The notes under the pieces: model-generated
What the model was told of the DNA's origin: nothing
Seen by the model: the letters and a program-made list of their open reading frames with translations, nothing else
Database searches by the model: none
NCBI GenBank assembly: GCA_024704765.1
Contig: JAKMXF010000319.1
Span: 1 to 64,000, forward strand
DNA from: Oopsacas minuta
Lineage: Eukaryota > Animalia > Porifera
Length of the DNA stretch: 64,000 nt
Direction: 5' to 3'
Translations under genes and position numbers: made by a program
Shown here: positions 13,401 to 25,202 of the stretch, piece by piece
How the letters are laid out: each line of letters opens with the position of its first letter
How positions within the stretch are numbered: the first letter of the stretch is position 1

Positions 13401-14659
13401 CTATAATTCAGGTACTAAACAACTGCTCATTCTCTCTCCCTAGCGGTAAGAAAGGAGCTATAGTAGGAGGATCAGGATGTGGTAAGAGTACTGTTATACG
13501 AATGCTTTACAGATTCTATGATCCTGTCAGAGGACATATTCTAATTAATGGACAGGACATACAGGAGGTTTGATTATATGATATCTTCATTCTATTTGTG
13601 ATATGTAAATAAGCAGTGTTACCAGATGATGTACCAACAAAGTTCATCCCATTTCATCTCCTGTACAAACCTATTAAGCACTTTCCAATTAGCCTGCTTC
13701 CTCGTTTTTATGAATTATTCTTAAAACCTGATCTCCATTTGTATTTCAGGTATCTTTATCGTCTCTACGTAGCAGTATAGGAATAGTCCCACAAGACACA
13801 GTACTATTCTCAGACAGTATTCACTATAACATATCCTATGGTAGAGGAGGAAGTACTAATGATGAGGTTATGACAGCTAGTAAGCTAGCAGGATTACATG
13901 ATTCTGTATTGAGTATGCCTCAGCAGTATGATACGAGAGTTGGTGAGAGAGGTCAGTTGTAAATCCTTGCGCCGACCTGGCCAGTGTATGCCAGATCCTG
14001 GTAGCTTTCCTGGACTTATTGAATACTGGTTGAGTGTTAGATTCATAATAAGTGTCGGAAGGATGTTTAAATGCACTACAGTAACCAATTTCTCTCGAAA
14101 TTCTTTGTATAGTAAACACCGTTATATCGAAGCTCAAGAGACCGCGATAATTACTTCGATATAACCGATGGGATTATGTTTCATTGACAGATTAGGACCA
14201 TATTTGTACATTTTCAGACTTCGATATTTACAAAATAACCATAATATTATCGGTTTTATCTAATCCCGCTTATATCGAGGTAATTGTCGCTTCGACATAA
14301 CAAGTGTTGACTGTATATATTCTGACTATATCATAGGTCTAATGCTATCTGGAGGAGAGAAACAACGAGTAGTAATCGCCCGTACATTCATAAAAGGTTC
14401 CCCCATACTTCTATTCGACGAAGCTACCTCATCACTTGACAGCCTTACAGAATCACATCTACTGGAATCTTTACGCGCTACCTTTAAATCTCGAACTAGT
14501 TTATTCATAGCACACAGACTCAGTACTATACAAGATGCTGATATTATATTTGTTATGGATAACGGAAGAATAGTAGAAACTGGTTCTCATAGAGATTTGA
14601 TTGAGTACGGACAATTGTATAGATATATATGGGAGAACCAAACTGCTAAAAATGTATAG
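10456..14659 (+). CDS. ABCB7: Mitochondrial ABC half-transporter ABCB7/Atm1 (about 8 exons)
   Basis: Basic N-terminal presequence. SLLNYETIKY and [28 protein letters not shown] motifs. Walker A GGSGCGKST, signature LSGGEKQRV, Walker B DEATSSLD. Confidence 0.93.
12551..12790. mobile_element. Interspersed repeat copy, Helentron-associated (HINE/DINE-1)-like
   Basis: Shares AATATGATTAATCA, AATCGGACTCTAC and CCAATTTTCATGTT...CTAGA(T/A)TTCGCA blocks with 59461-59740 and 63267-63485, and ends in ACGGACGGAC. The classification is tentative. Confidence 0.55.
14079..14313. mobile_element. TA-flanked CAGT...ACTG MITE in ABCB7 intron
   Basis: TA|CAGTAACC...GTTGACTG|TA. Internal TTATATCGAAG / CTTCGATATAA motifs are shared with 9033-9132, 5820-5900 and 9600-9650. 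Confidence 0.65.
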
Positions 14660-15455
14660 CTACTTGTTATATTGTTGTTATGAAAAGATTCACAGTTTCA
14701 ATCTATTCATTAGAATACGGAAATTAATTAATTGGGAAAAGCGGGAATCGATTGCTCGGGCTGTGCGGCTTGTGAACACTTCGTGCCTAGGATGTCCCAG
14801 GATTTTGCATATCCTGGGCAAAGTTTTCTAATCTATTAACCTTGTTAATGATCTGGCGATACTGTTACTGATTCAATTTTCAAATTTAATTCTTTGAAAA
14901 ATTATTTGAATGATACCACAGGAACGGCGTTAGGGCTTTTCAAATCGACAGAATGGTGTGAAAATATGAGTTGAGCATTTACTATCTTCTAAACCTATAT
15001 ATGTATTCTATAAGTGTGGAAAGACGTGCGGACATCGCAGATTGTCTATACCAACACACAGCAGAATTCTCCAAGTATTTATGCAATTATTCTGTATTTT
15101 ACTCACTAATCAATGTTGCTAGATCATAAACACAGTTCTTACTATTTGCTTTGGTATGAACGTTGTGCATCAATCATGAATTTTGGCATGGAATATCGAT
15201 TGATTTGAGGTGTGACAACTGACAATATGATTAATCACCTACAAAGTGCGAATTTTATATAAAATCTTACCCAAAGTGCGAATCTCCCCCCAAAAAGCGT
15301 ACCCATGGACAAATATTCATATCAATCGGACTGCTAGAATTCGCACTGCCGAACATACTGACGTCACACATCGCCCATGCCATTACTGCATCTCTCTATA
15401 GTAGCTACGCTATAATATCTATACTATATTCTATTGACTTACTAATTAGCTATTC

Positions 15456-18400
15456 ATGGTATCACGTTTGAAGCTAAAACCTGATGAGATCTACGAATTC
15501 TATGCAGAAATCAGATGGAATCCTCCTCCTACAACCTCATCAACCGGATTAAACATATCCATAACCGTAATTCATCCCACGGGATATCTGCTAGACGATG
15601 AAACTACCAAACAGTTGAATAAATTCTGTTTTCCGATCGGTAAACCGACCTTTTCATCTCCAGAGAGATTCTGTTTCGTCCTGACGGATAAAGATGGATT
15701 ATTCCGATTCGGTTTTTGCCGGTATGATACTATACGGAAATGCTGTATGTTCTTACTATCATATCTACCTTGGTTTGACTGTTTCTATTCGTTTCTGTTA
15801 ATGCTACAAGGATATACTTCCTCAAGTGGTGAGTTATACTTTATATATTTCTACTACCAATTCCTATGCTTATACCGGAGTTTATCAACCCGTGTTCATA
15901 TGAACAAACTCCTCCACATTCTGGCCATATAAGGAAATTTAGTAATGACAATTATCTGTCAAGTTGCTATCGTCCCATGGATCACCAAGAAGTCTATGCA
16001 CCCTTTGCGATTGGGAACCACTGATATATGCTTTAGCCAAAATATTTGTAAAACACTTGACTCTACTATATATCATTCAATTTCTTTAGAGAAAGATGAA
16101 CGTGAACACAGAAGAATAATCCCTAATCTCCTGCTCGAGAGATTATACATATTATCTCTACCAGCTCCTGAGACAACATCTATTAGTTTATCTATAGTAG
16201 ATGAGAGTATTACACTACAGCAAGCACTAACTAATCCACAGGGTAAGGACTACGAATTTACGAATAAGACGAAGAAATACATAATACATTCCCTTAACTG
16301 CATATCCAATTGGTATTACTCTACAAAACTTGACCTTCCGTTGGTGCTGTTATTACCGAGTTTCCACTTTACACACCTCTTACTCTATTCCTTTTCTATC
16401 TAGACCCTCTCTCGATGCTTCCATCCCTTCCTATTCCCTCAGCCTATTCTCTCCCTAAGCTCTCAGACTGTCAGAACATACAACTACTATACTCCAAGCT
16501 AGATCCTACAACCATAATCTCAGTGTTCTCATCTCTCCTGCAGGAGAGACGTATTATAGTACACTCAAAGAGTTTAACAGATCTCACAGCTGTTGTACAC
16601 GGGTTAAGTCAGCTGATATACCCAATGTTCTGGCAGCATATATTTATACCAGTTATACCAGAAGGTTTGGCAAATATTTGTATCGATTAAAACACCATAC
16701 ACACCTTATCCCAATTAAACCACATTCGTTAGATTTTTCTAAAATTTCGAAAAATATCTTGAAAATATCGGAAAAAATGTAAGAAATTATCAGGAATTCT
16801 AGGAAAGGAATATTCAATAATTCAATATTTTTATACTTTTTCGATATTATTTTGGAAATTCCATATATGGATATTTTTGATATTTTTATATATGAATATA
16901 TCTCTACAACTTTCTCTCCCACAAGGTCTAACCGACTACTGCTGTGCTCCAATGCCATTCCTATGCGGTGTACCAGAAGTTTTAATGTCACGTGTCAGAC
17001 AACTACCTATAGAAGACGTAGTGATCCTCAATATCGATGAATCTTCGTTAGAAACTCCTTTCCAAGATCAGTCAATAATCCCAAAGGAGTTACTGCAGAA
17101 TTTATCTAATGTTATTAAGAAGCCTATTAACCGTACAGATACTACCATACCTGAAGCATTCCTTCACTTCTTTGCTATGTTACTAGGTGGATATAGAGGT
17201 GGGATGAAGCAGTATGAAGATAAGATTGTGTTTGATCAGGTGAGATGTCATCTTATTTGAAATCTTGTAGTCATTTGCCGGATTAGACACACAAAGTTAA
17301 TCCCAACAGCTAATTTCTCATAGTGTTTAGATATAATTGCATTATACCCTCAGGATCTTTTCAAAGAATCACAACCACCCTACCTCCATGGTATATTAGA
17401 TCAGCTGTTCCAATTACAGATGTTTGATCAGTTCATCGCCTCAAGAACTCTGTATCTTAAGAACTATATGGATGATCCGTTCGAGCAGGAGTGTAGGAAG
17501 TATAAGGGACATAGTCATAAGAGTACTCAACAGAAATTCTCTGATTTTGGTGATAAAATCGCTGATGCTAAAGACAATTTTGTTACTAAGTTTAAGGTGA
17601 TTTATGTATGCAGTCGAACATCTGAGATCCGAACCTCCATTAACCGGCACAATTTATTGAATCTGTTCATATGTTTCGACCTTTCTGGTAAATTTCACCA
17701 AATATAGGGTTGATTTTGGTTGTATTTTCTTGTCAAATACTTTCTCACCTGCCCCAAACTGTGAATACCATTATTCGGTCTGGAATTGGTGGAAATTCTA
17801 AGAAACTGCCCAAATATATATGCAAAGCTATCTAAAATAAATTACTTATTTCCATTCTGGAATTATGACCATTCGATTTTTCATCATATTTACAAGTAAT
17901 TACATGTGGATTTCACAATTATTTATTGCACTAATGTGTATATTATCCATATTTAGGATTTGGAGATAATACGTTCAGATGACCTCAAAACATCCACAAA
18001 CGAAATGTTCAAGCAGGCCGAAACAGGCATGAAGAGCCTCCGCTGTTTTCTAAACAAACAAATAGCAAAATCAGCAGTCAAACTCAAAACCAAATCACAA
18101 ATTGAATTGACAACAGATCAATCCTTGACCAATTCAATATCCACTGTAGATTTCAATGAGATAGAACGTCAGTATTGTACAATGGAAAAAAGGCAATCTA
18201 CGATTCTGCAAAAATCTCGGGTAATATCCATAGCAGACGTAAAACGGCCAGATCGTCCGCCGCCGCCGATTCCACCGCCTTATTCCCAACACAAGATTAT
18301 ATCCAACCAATTTCTAGCCGAAAAACCACAGAAATATGAATCATTAACGCCACCACTTCCGCAGAAAATATCTTTATCCAAAACTCGAAGTTTCACTAAT

Positions 18401-18646
18401 AACGAAATTAATTTAATTTCATTCGATGGTCCTGCACAATCCAATATATATTCTAATCCAAAGCCACCACCAACGCCACCGCCAAGACCTCCACAACAGG
18501 CTGTGCCGAGCCCAATGCTAAGGCGACTAACAAATCCATACTCAACAACAAGTCAACAAAACAACGTGACGACACAACCTAATCTTCTAATTATACCACC
18601 TGTTGTTACTGAGACTAATTTGGATGACTTTTTGAATCCTCATTAA
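15456..18646 (+). CDS. DENND1A: DENN-domain Rab GEF, connecdenn/DENND1 family, with proline-rich tail
   Basis: N-terminus MVSRLKLKPDEIYEFYAE. uDENN FCFVLTD...RFGFCR. DENN LLQERRII...WQHIFIPVIP..DYCCAPMPFLCGV. dDENN FLHFFAMLLGGYR. Last exon is PxxP-rich. The paralog letter is nominal. Confidence 0.85.
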
Positions 18647-19096
18647 TAACTGCAGGTATTGATTTTAATGCTACAATTATTGTGGTTTGTTTGTATATGC
18701 GTAATAAAGTTAAATTTGTGTTTGTATTTATTTCCTTAATTTATGCTGAATTCCCGATTTTGTTTATTAACTGATGGACAGCTTCAGGAATCTCTGGGCC
18801 GACACTTTTTCTTTTTGCAGGCTCTCATGCGGACGGTACTATATTGAACCTGTACAAATTTGAGTCCGATTGTCGGCACAGTTGTCCATGGTTGCCGATG
18901 GCATTTTTGGGTGCCGCCAAGCACCTACTTAGGTGTACCCCTGAACAGAAGGTGAGTGTTGCCCAGAAATCCTGGATGCACTCCTACCTGTTGCTTGTAT
19001 ACGCTGCCTTGGCTATTCTTGTAATTGTCACTGAACAATTCAATTAGCTTACAATCAGTAAATGCATTATACACAATAATCTTCGCTTCATCTCCA

Positions 19097-19954
19097 ATGT
19101 TCGGTTTCGATTACACACAAGTATCCTCATACTTAGAAGAAGTATGCTACGGAGGTCTGAATAAATCCCTCGTAAGTCAGGGGGGTAGAGCATGCGCAGA
19201 ATATCTACCATATAACCAGAAGATCTACGAGACGATGATCACAACCATAATAATGTCTACTGCGAGTATTATATCATGGAAAACGATTAAGTTACCAAAA
19301 ATATTTCCAAAAGACAGGAACCCATTGGGTCAACGGATATTGCTTCTTTCCTTAGGATTTGTATTTGGTATTGAAACTGGTTACAAAATCGCATCACGGA
19401 AATTGCTATTCTTCCTGAATCCTTGTCATATGCTTACAGTCTTACAATTATTGATTCTAGCTTCCAAACCAGGCCGTGTATCATTCGCCATGCTTCGTAT
19501 CATGTTACACTATGTATACGGCGCGTTTATCGCGGTTTTTCTTGCGCATATGGAAGGCCGTTATTTCTACGGAGAATTCATATCTTTTTGGTGTCATCAC
19601 ATCCTTATAGCATTCATAGTCCCTCCATATATGGTATATACCTGGGGCCCTGACAGTTTAGAGCCGATCACTAATTTGGGTTGGAACATGCTTACGGGAA
19701 TAATATTCGGTATCCATCATCATTACGTACTGCAGCCGCTTGGCGCTCTCACGCATGTTAACCTCAATTATATTCTGTGTCCGGCAGAAAGAGATCCATT
19801 CCGTGGACAGTATTACAGATTTGCTGCAATTTTCCATCAAACATTCGCGCTTTTTTTCCTAGGAAAAATATACGGGACTTTTATTCGTTACGTCATAATA
19901 CCGATTCTACCAAAAATCGATTATTTCGCCGGTGAACATGACAAGAAAGAGTGA
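19097..19954 (+). CDS. TMEM164: TMEM164 multi-pass membrane protein (single exon)
   Basis: YGG...QGGRACAEYL, FFLNPCHMLT and VNLNYILCPAERDPFRGQYYR..AIFHQT match the family. First in-frame ATG is at 19097. Confidence 0.9.
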   Translation: MFGFDYTQVSSYLEEVCYGGLNKSLVSQGGRACAEYLPYNQKIYETMITTIIMSTASIISWKTIKLPKIFPKDRNPLGQRILLLSLGFVFGIETGYKIASRKLLFFLNPCHMLTVLQLLILASKPGRVSFAMLRIMLHYVYGAFIAVFLAHMEGRYFYGEFISFWCHHILIAFIVPPYMVYTWGPDSLEPITNLGWNMLTGIIFGIHHHYVLQPLGALTHVNLNYILCPAERDPFRGQYYRFAAIFHQTFALFFLGKIYGTFIRYVIIPILPKIDYFAGEHDKKE

Positions 19955-20190
19955 CGTGTATGTTCTGTGATTATGCTGATGTATTAATCCTGCTACTTAG
20001 CTATTTAAGTAAAATATTTTTAATTAGCTTTCTTCTAGTGAATTTGTATTTATATTATTTCAGGGTGAATTATCAGATACTTTAGGCTCTCTGCTAGTAG
20101 ACAGTACTCAACAAACCTGGTAGCTATAGCCACCAAAGAATCGTGCATTTTGGCTAAGTTAAACCACCACGAATGTTCAATTTTATAGAG

Positions 20191-20260
20191 GATAACGTGT
20201 TTAATATTGAGATATAACCGAAATCATAATCGATTGTATCTCAATATTAAACACATTATC
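20191..20260. repeat. 70-nt near-perfect inverted repeat
   Basis: GATAACGTGTTTAATATTGAGATA and TATCTCAATATTAAACACATTATC are complementary at 23 of 24 positions. Confidence 0.85.
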
Positions 20261-20498
20261 TTATAACTATTGTGATTTAATACGATTACATTTGATTACA
20301 AATGATTACAAAATCGTTTTCCTACGATTACGAATATGACTCCATGTTTTGTTGTATCATATACGATCGATTACAGTTTCGATTTCTTAAATACCTACGA
20401 TTACATTAAGTCTAATTACTACAGGATGTTTGCACTAACCTTTCAAAGACCCGCTCAATTTTACTGACACGAATTTGTAAATTAGTATTCTCTTAAAA

Positions 20499-23400
20499 AT
20501 GGATGGAATAGAAGTTGGAGCCGGATTCTTAGATCCAGAACTACCATCTAAGTATGAAACACTAAATGACAGCCTTACTAAAGAGAAAATGAAAGTAGCA
20601 TCACTGAAACAAGCATTAACAGAAGCACAGATCAGAACAAATCAACAAGATAAGAAGATCACCGAACAAAGTCAGAGGATACGTCAGTTTGACTCTGAGC
20701 AGGATTCTCTGTTATTTCGGTACATGCTATTGTCATGCCATAAGTCGTACTAAATTTCATGTTTCATACCACTTTCATGCCAAAAGTAAAGAGTTCACAT
20801 AGTTCACGTCTAATCCAAGATTCATCGAAAATCTATTAAATTTGTTCATGTGCTAACAATTCCGTGGAATCAATGGTCAAACTGGCTGATAATAAGGTTA
20901 GAAATCCCAGTTTTACTTATCTTCCTGCAGGAACAGCCAAATCTCCAAACGTGTAGAAGTTCTGCAAGAAGACATACAATCGATGCTTACTGTAACATCC
21001 ACTAAGAAACAGAGACGTCCTACGACTCCTCTCTCTAACTTAAGTCTCCAAAACGACTCAGGCTCACGTTCCAGCAGTACTACAAGTCTACCCAATAGTG
21101 TAGCTCATGATGGTACTACGTTAGAAGCATTTGCTGCTGATTTAGCTAATAAAATAGCTGAAAATGAACGGTTACATAATGAAATATTTGAGCTGTCTAC
21201 GAAAAATAGGACACAGGTATATATGAGAGTTTCAGTGCAGCTCCTATAAGGAGATGGCGAATTCTCAAATTACGGGTTATCACTAGCATAATTGGATAAG
21301 CATCGTTAACCATCCAGGGCACGGGATGCCTCCCGACCCAATGAGTCGAAATAAAAATTTCGACTCCCATGCTAACCAAGCTTTACAATTTATTAGGGAT
21401 TGCTATTGATTCCTCCCCCCCCTGCCATGTGAGACCCTGTGGCTGTCTGACTTTCTAAGCATTTTCGAAATTCATCTGTCAAGGTCTTACGTTTCAGAAC
21501 ATTTCCCTATAAGAGCTGTGCTAAACTCTCCTTGATTTGATTTTTGTTGACAAAAGTTCCTGAAATTTGTGAAATGTTCATGTAAATATATTTCATTTTA
21601 GAGAATAGAGTTAGAAGATAGAATCTCTGAATTACAAAAGGATTATGAATCTCTTTCAAAAGAACACACAGAACAACAAACTCAGTTTGAAACATCTAAG
21701 CAGGAAATAGAAAATAAGAATGTACTATTTATTGCAGATATTGAAAAGAAGAATGAAGAAAACAGGTATTTTCGTTAATTTATTAGCACTCTATGTCTAT
21801 CTGCTCGACGACCCTGTTCGGCACTTTGTGCCTAGGATTTAGCTTTGGTATGAAACAAAATTTCTGATAGTGCCTTTTCTCGGTGCGCTGCTTGGCTGGA
21901 TATTCTCAGCACCGTCAAACTTAAATATACTTATGACAATGAAAATCTCGTGATTTGGTCAAAATTATGCCGTCATGGCATGTTATTGTACCACATCTGT
22001 GATTCAAATTTGAGTTATCCAACATGCATATTGGCTGAGCTTGCCTAATAATGTGATTTTCGAAATCTAAGGTGACAACTAGGTCATAAATCTGTCAATT
22101 TTTGTCAAAACTCAAAATTATCTTATATGTCAAAATCTACCCTGGGAGACTTCCAGTTTCTTCAGCCAATTCCGAATGTACAAACAGTGACCCGCTATAT
22201 TTATCAACTTTAGGACACTTTCACAAGAACTTTCTGAACTAAAAGACACGCTTTACAATCTCCAAAACAAATCAAAAACAGACAACGAGCATAATCTCCA
22301 AATTATCCGCGACAAAATACCATTCATCGACAACGAAACACCTGGATTCAATACATATAACTTGCCTATATACGATAATACCCTCCACAATAATTTCACA
22401 CAAATATTCAAACAAATCTCTAATCTTTTCATTGCATTCTGCAGCCAAACATCCTTGCTCCATTCCTACATAGAATCTAGTATTAAGAACATAGAACATG
22501 ATCCTGACTCAAGTCTCAAAGTTGTCCAAGCCAAATTCATATCAAAATTACATAGAACAAAGTTCTATTCAAAACCAATAGAAAATTGCTTAATTTTAAT
22601 AGTTCAAGCCATTGAAACATCAGAAAATTTTCTCGAATGCGAAACTTTCAATGATTTACACAATAACCTAGCGTTATTCGTGAACTACGTTCGTATAATC
22701 GCGAAATATCACATCTTGTATATACGTGAAGAATCAACGGATATTTCCTTCACAAACGAGATGAGAAAATGCAATTTACAGTTACAAAACTTGATTGAAT
22801 TCTCTCCAATTCCTCTCGAGAAGCTTCTTGGCATAGTTTCAATTTTAGGACAAGTAGTTTCTGCGGAAATTTACCCTCGATTAATCGAGAACTTACAAGT
22901 CAATCTGTTACAGTTATCGATAAATACGCAGGATATTTCCCTATGTTTCACCAACAAATTCAAACTCGAAGAACTCGCGAAATTAGACCGAGCTGATAGC
23001 GAAAAACTAACAGCTGATAATCAATGTATAATGACATCACTCGCTGGCCTTATTAACACAACAGAAAGGTTAATGCGTTGCTTCACTGATAGTTTACCTG
23101 TAATCACAGCTTATGGGAATATTGCATTGAAGAGTCAATCGCAGTTTGGTTCTAATAACGATACTAAAGTACTGAGAGAGAAAGCAAGAGAGTATATTGA
23201 TTCACTTAATGGTAAGTATTTTCTAGATTTTGAATATGACATAGATCTCAAGGTTTCACAACTCGTGGGGGCCAGAGCCTGTGATAAGATTTTGGAATCC
23301 AAGGGTACAATGGTTGGAACCGCTGCTATAAATACTTAACGGTATATCGCAGTGTTGCCAATTGATGTAGCCCAATAAGTAGCGAACGTTTATCCGATGT

Positions 23401-24506
23401 TCATTGCCAAATTTTATGCCAAAATAGTACATTTTTCATCCAAAAGCCAAATCCTATGATAATACAAATCTTTCTCACATAGTACAACCACCAGATGCTC
23501 TCCTATATCCCGTATCATTAGCTCTGTCCAATCAAGTATTCACATATATCCCTGATAAATACGGCGATTCTGCTATAGCTCAACCTCGTGATCGTATTGT
23601 GGTACAATTACAATCAACACAAAACTCATTAGCTATGGTTGAACGTGAGAAAGAGAATTTAGCTATTGAATTAGAATTAATGAAAATGCAGCAGAGGCTA
23701 AAACCGAAAACGGAGAATAATCAAAGTGATGATTTTGACAGGTCTGCGACAGATTCTGACACTCAATTGATAGATTTGAGTGAATCAAGTTCTCTCGATG
23801 CTTCCTCTATAGAAAATATTGTTCCTAGTAAACAGACTGATGTTATGGACACAAATAATGTGGGTGAAGATTCTGTGAATATATTTGATAATTCTTCATT
23901 ACTCGATGGTGAAAGAGAGAAATTAATAAGGTTTGTTCTAATTCACAGGTATCGCATAAAATGTATCCAAGGTTTCACTGTATATGCTAAATTGGTTTCC
24001 AAAATCCTCGAAAAATTATGTGGTTTGTTAAGTACAGTATTTTCTAACCCGTGGTCCACTACAGGATCTCAAATATGTATGCAGCTATGGGAACGGGTCC
24101 ATTGGGAACTGCTGTCCTATGATACATAATTCTTTTCAAAGCTTTTCTAACTTCTTTTCTATTCAGACTATATTACACTACTCGTGTATCTCAACTAACT
24201 GAACAACTACAGACATCAGATTGTAATTCAACTTACTACTACAATGAAATAAAATCTATATCCAAACACATTAGCCATCTCCAACAGCTACGAAAACGAG
24301 ACTTACACCAAATAGAAGATTCTAATAACAAAATCGAGCAACTGAAAGCAGACCTAGAAACAACACAAAAAGGATATGAGCATCAACTAAATGTAATGTC
24401 AGAAACAATGTTATCACTCAATGAACAGCTATCGTTACGTCAGGACGAGATTGAAAGACTTTCGAGTGAATTTTCCCCGAGAAAGAAGCAAAAGAATAAA
24501 TCATAA
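20499..24506 (+). CDS. PPP1R21: PPP1R21 (FERRY complex subunit), coiled-coil, multi-exon
   Basis: QDSLLFRNSQISKRVEVLQED, DLANKIAENERLH and the C-terminal LETTQKGYEHQLNVMSETMLSLNEQL match the family. TAA at 24504-24506. Confidence 0.85.
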
Positions 24507-25202
24507 CTCATGGTTATGGGTGGATATAAAATGAATATATTTTCTAATTTGTTGTGTACAGTAGTTGAATAGCCAAGTTTATCAGTGTATTCAATAGGAA
24601 AAATAAAGGTATTCTATATATTAGCAACCCAAATAGACCTCTATCTAACTATACGCAGGCAGTTGGGACCTCTTTGCTGTGAGTTTTGTTACGTTTTGAG
24701 ATTTTCTTCTTAACACATTAGGTTTTTGACGTTCTTAGCTGGAAAATTCCTATTTTGTTTTCATTAGAATGAATCTGGTTCTGATATACTCTTCAGTTCT
24801 TGTAAGTTGATTTCTGTATCAGATGTAATGATAAATATTTCTACATATTTTCCTTCTTTAGTTACTGATTTCTATCTTGCAGACTGGTCTAACACATGGT
24901 ATGTTAGATCTATTATTTGTCTACACAATTACAGTCTACTGCTCTGTAGTCTGTATGAATATTTTGCATGTGTGTGTTTGTGCCTGGAAGTTATGGTCAA
25001 TTCCCATTCCCAGAATGGAATTGACCACATTGCTTTCTCATTTTGAGAATACAATGGCTTTTCCCTTATTGGCATTCCAATTGGTTTGGGTTTAGCATAC
25101 TTATACAACCGTGATTTCTTATTTTAGTTGTAAACTTTTAAACATCATGGTAGTCTATTGTATAATGTCTATTCTCTCAAATTTACCATTCGTTTCTTAC
25201 AG

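Noticed and set aside
13877-14164. Three overlapping ORFs in ABCB7
   Set aside because: Products of an exon end plus an intronic MITE, with no coherent protein.
16653-16991. Ile/Lys/Phe-rich ORF
   Set aside because: Translation of the ATATCG foldback repeat. The same applies to 60641-60838 and 62267-62449.
19025-19096. N-terminal extension of TMEM164 from a TTG start
   Set aside because: Eukaryotic gene. Family similarity begins after the ATG at 19097.
24807-25095. Candidate signal-peptide exon of the aGPCR
   Set aside because: Several frames and splice sites are possible and none could be joined confidently.
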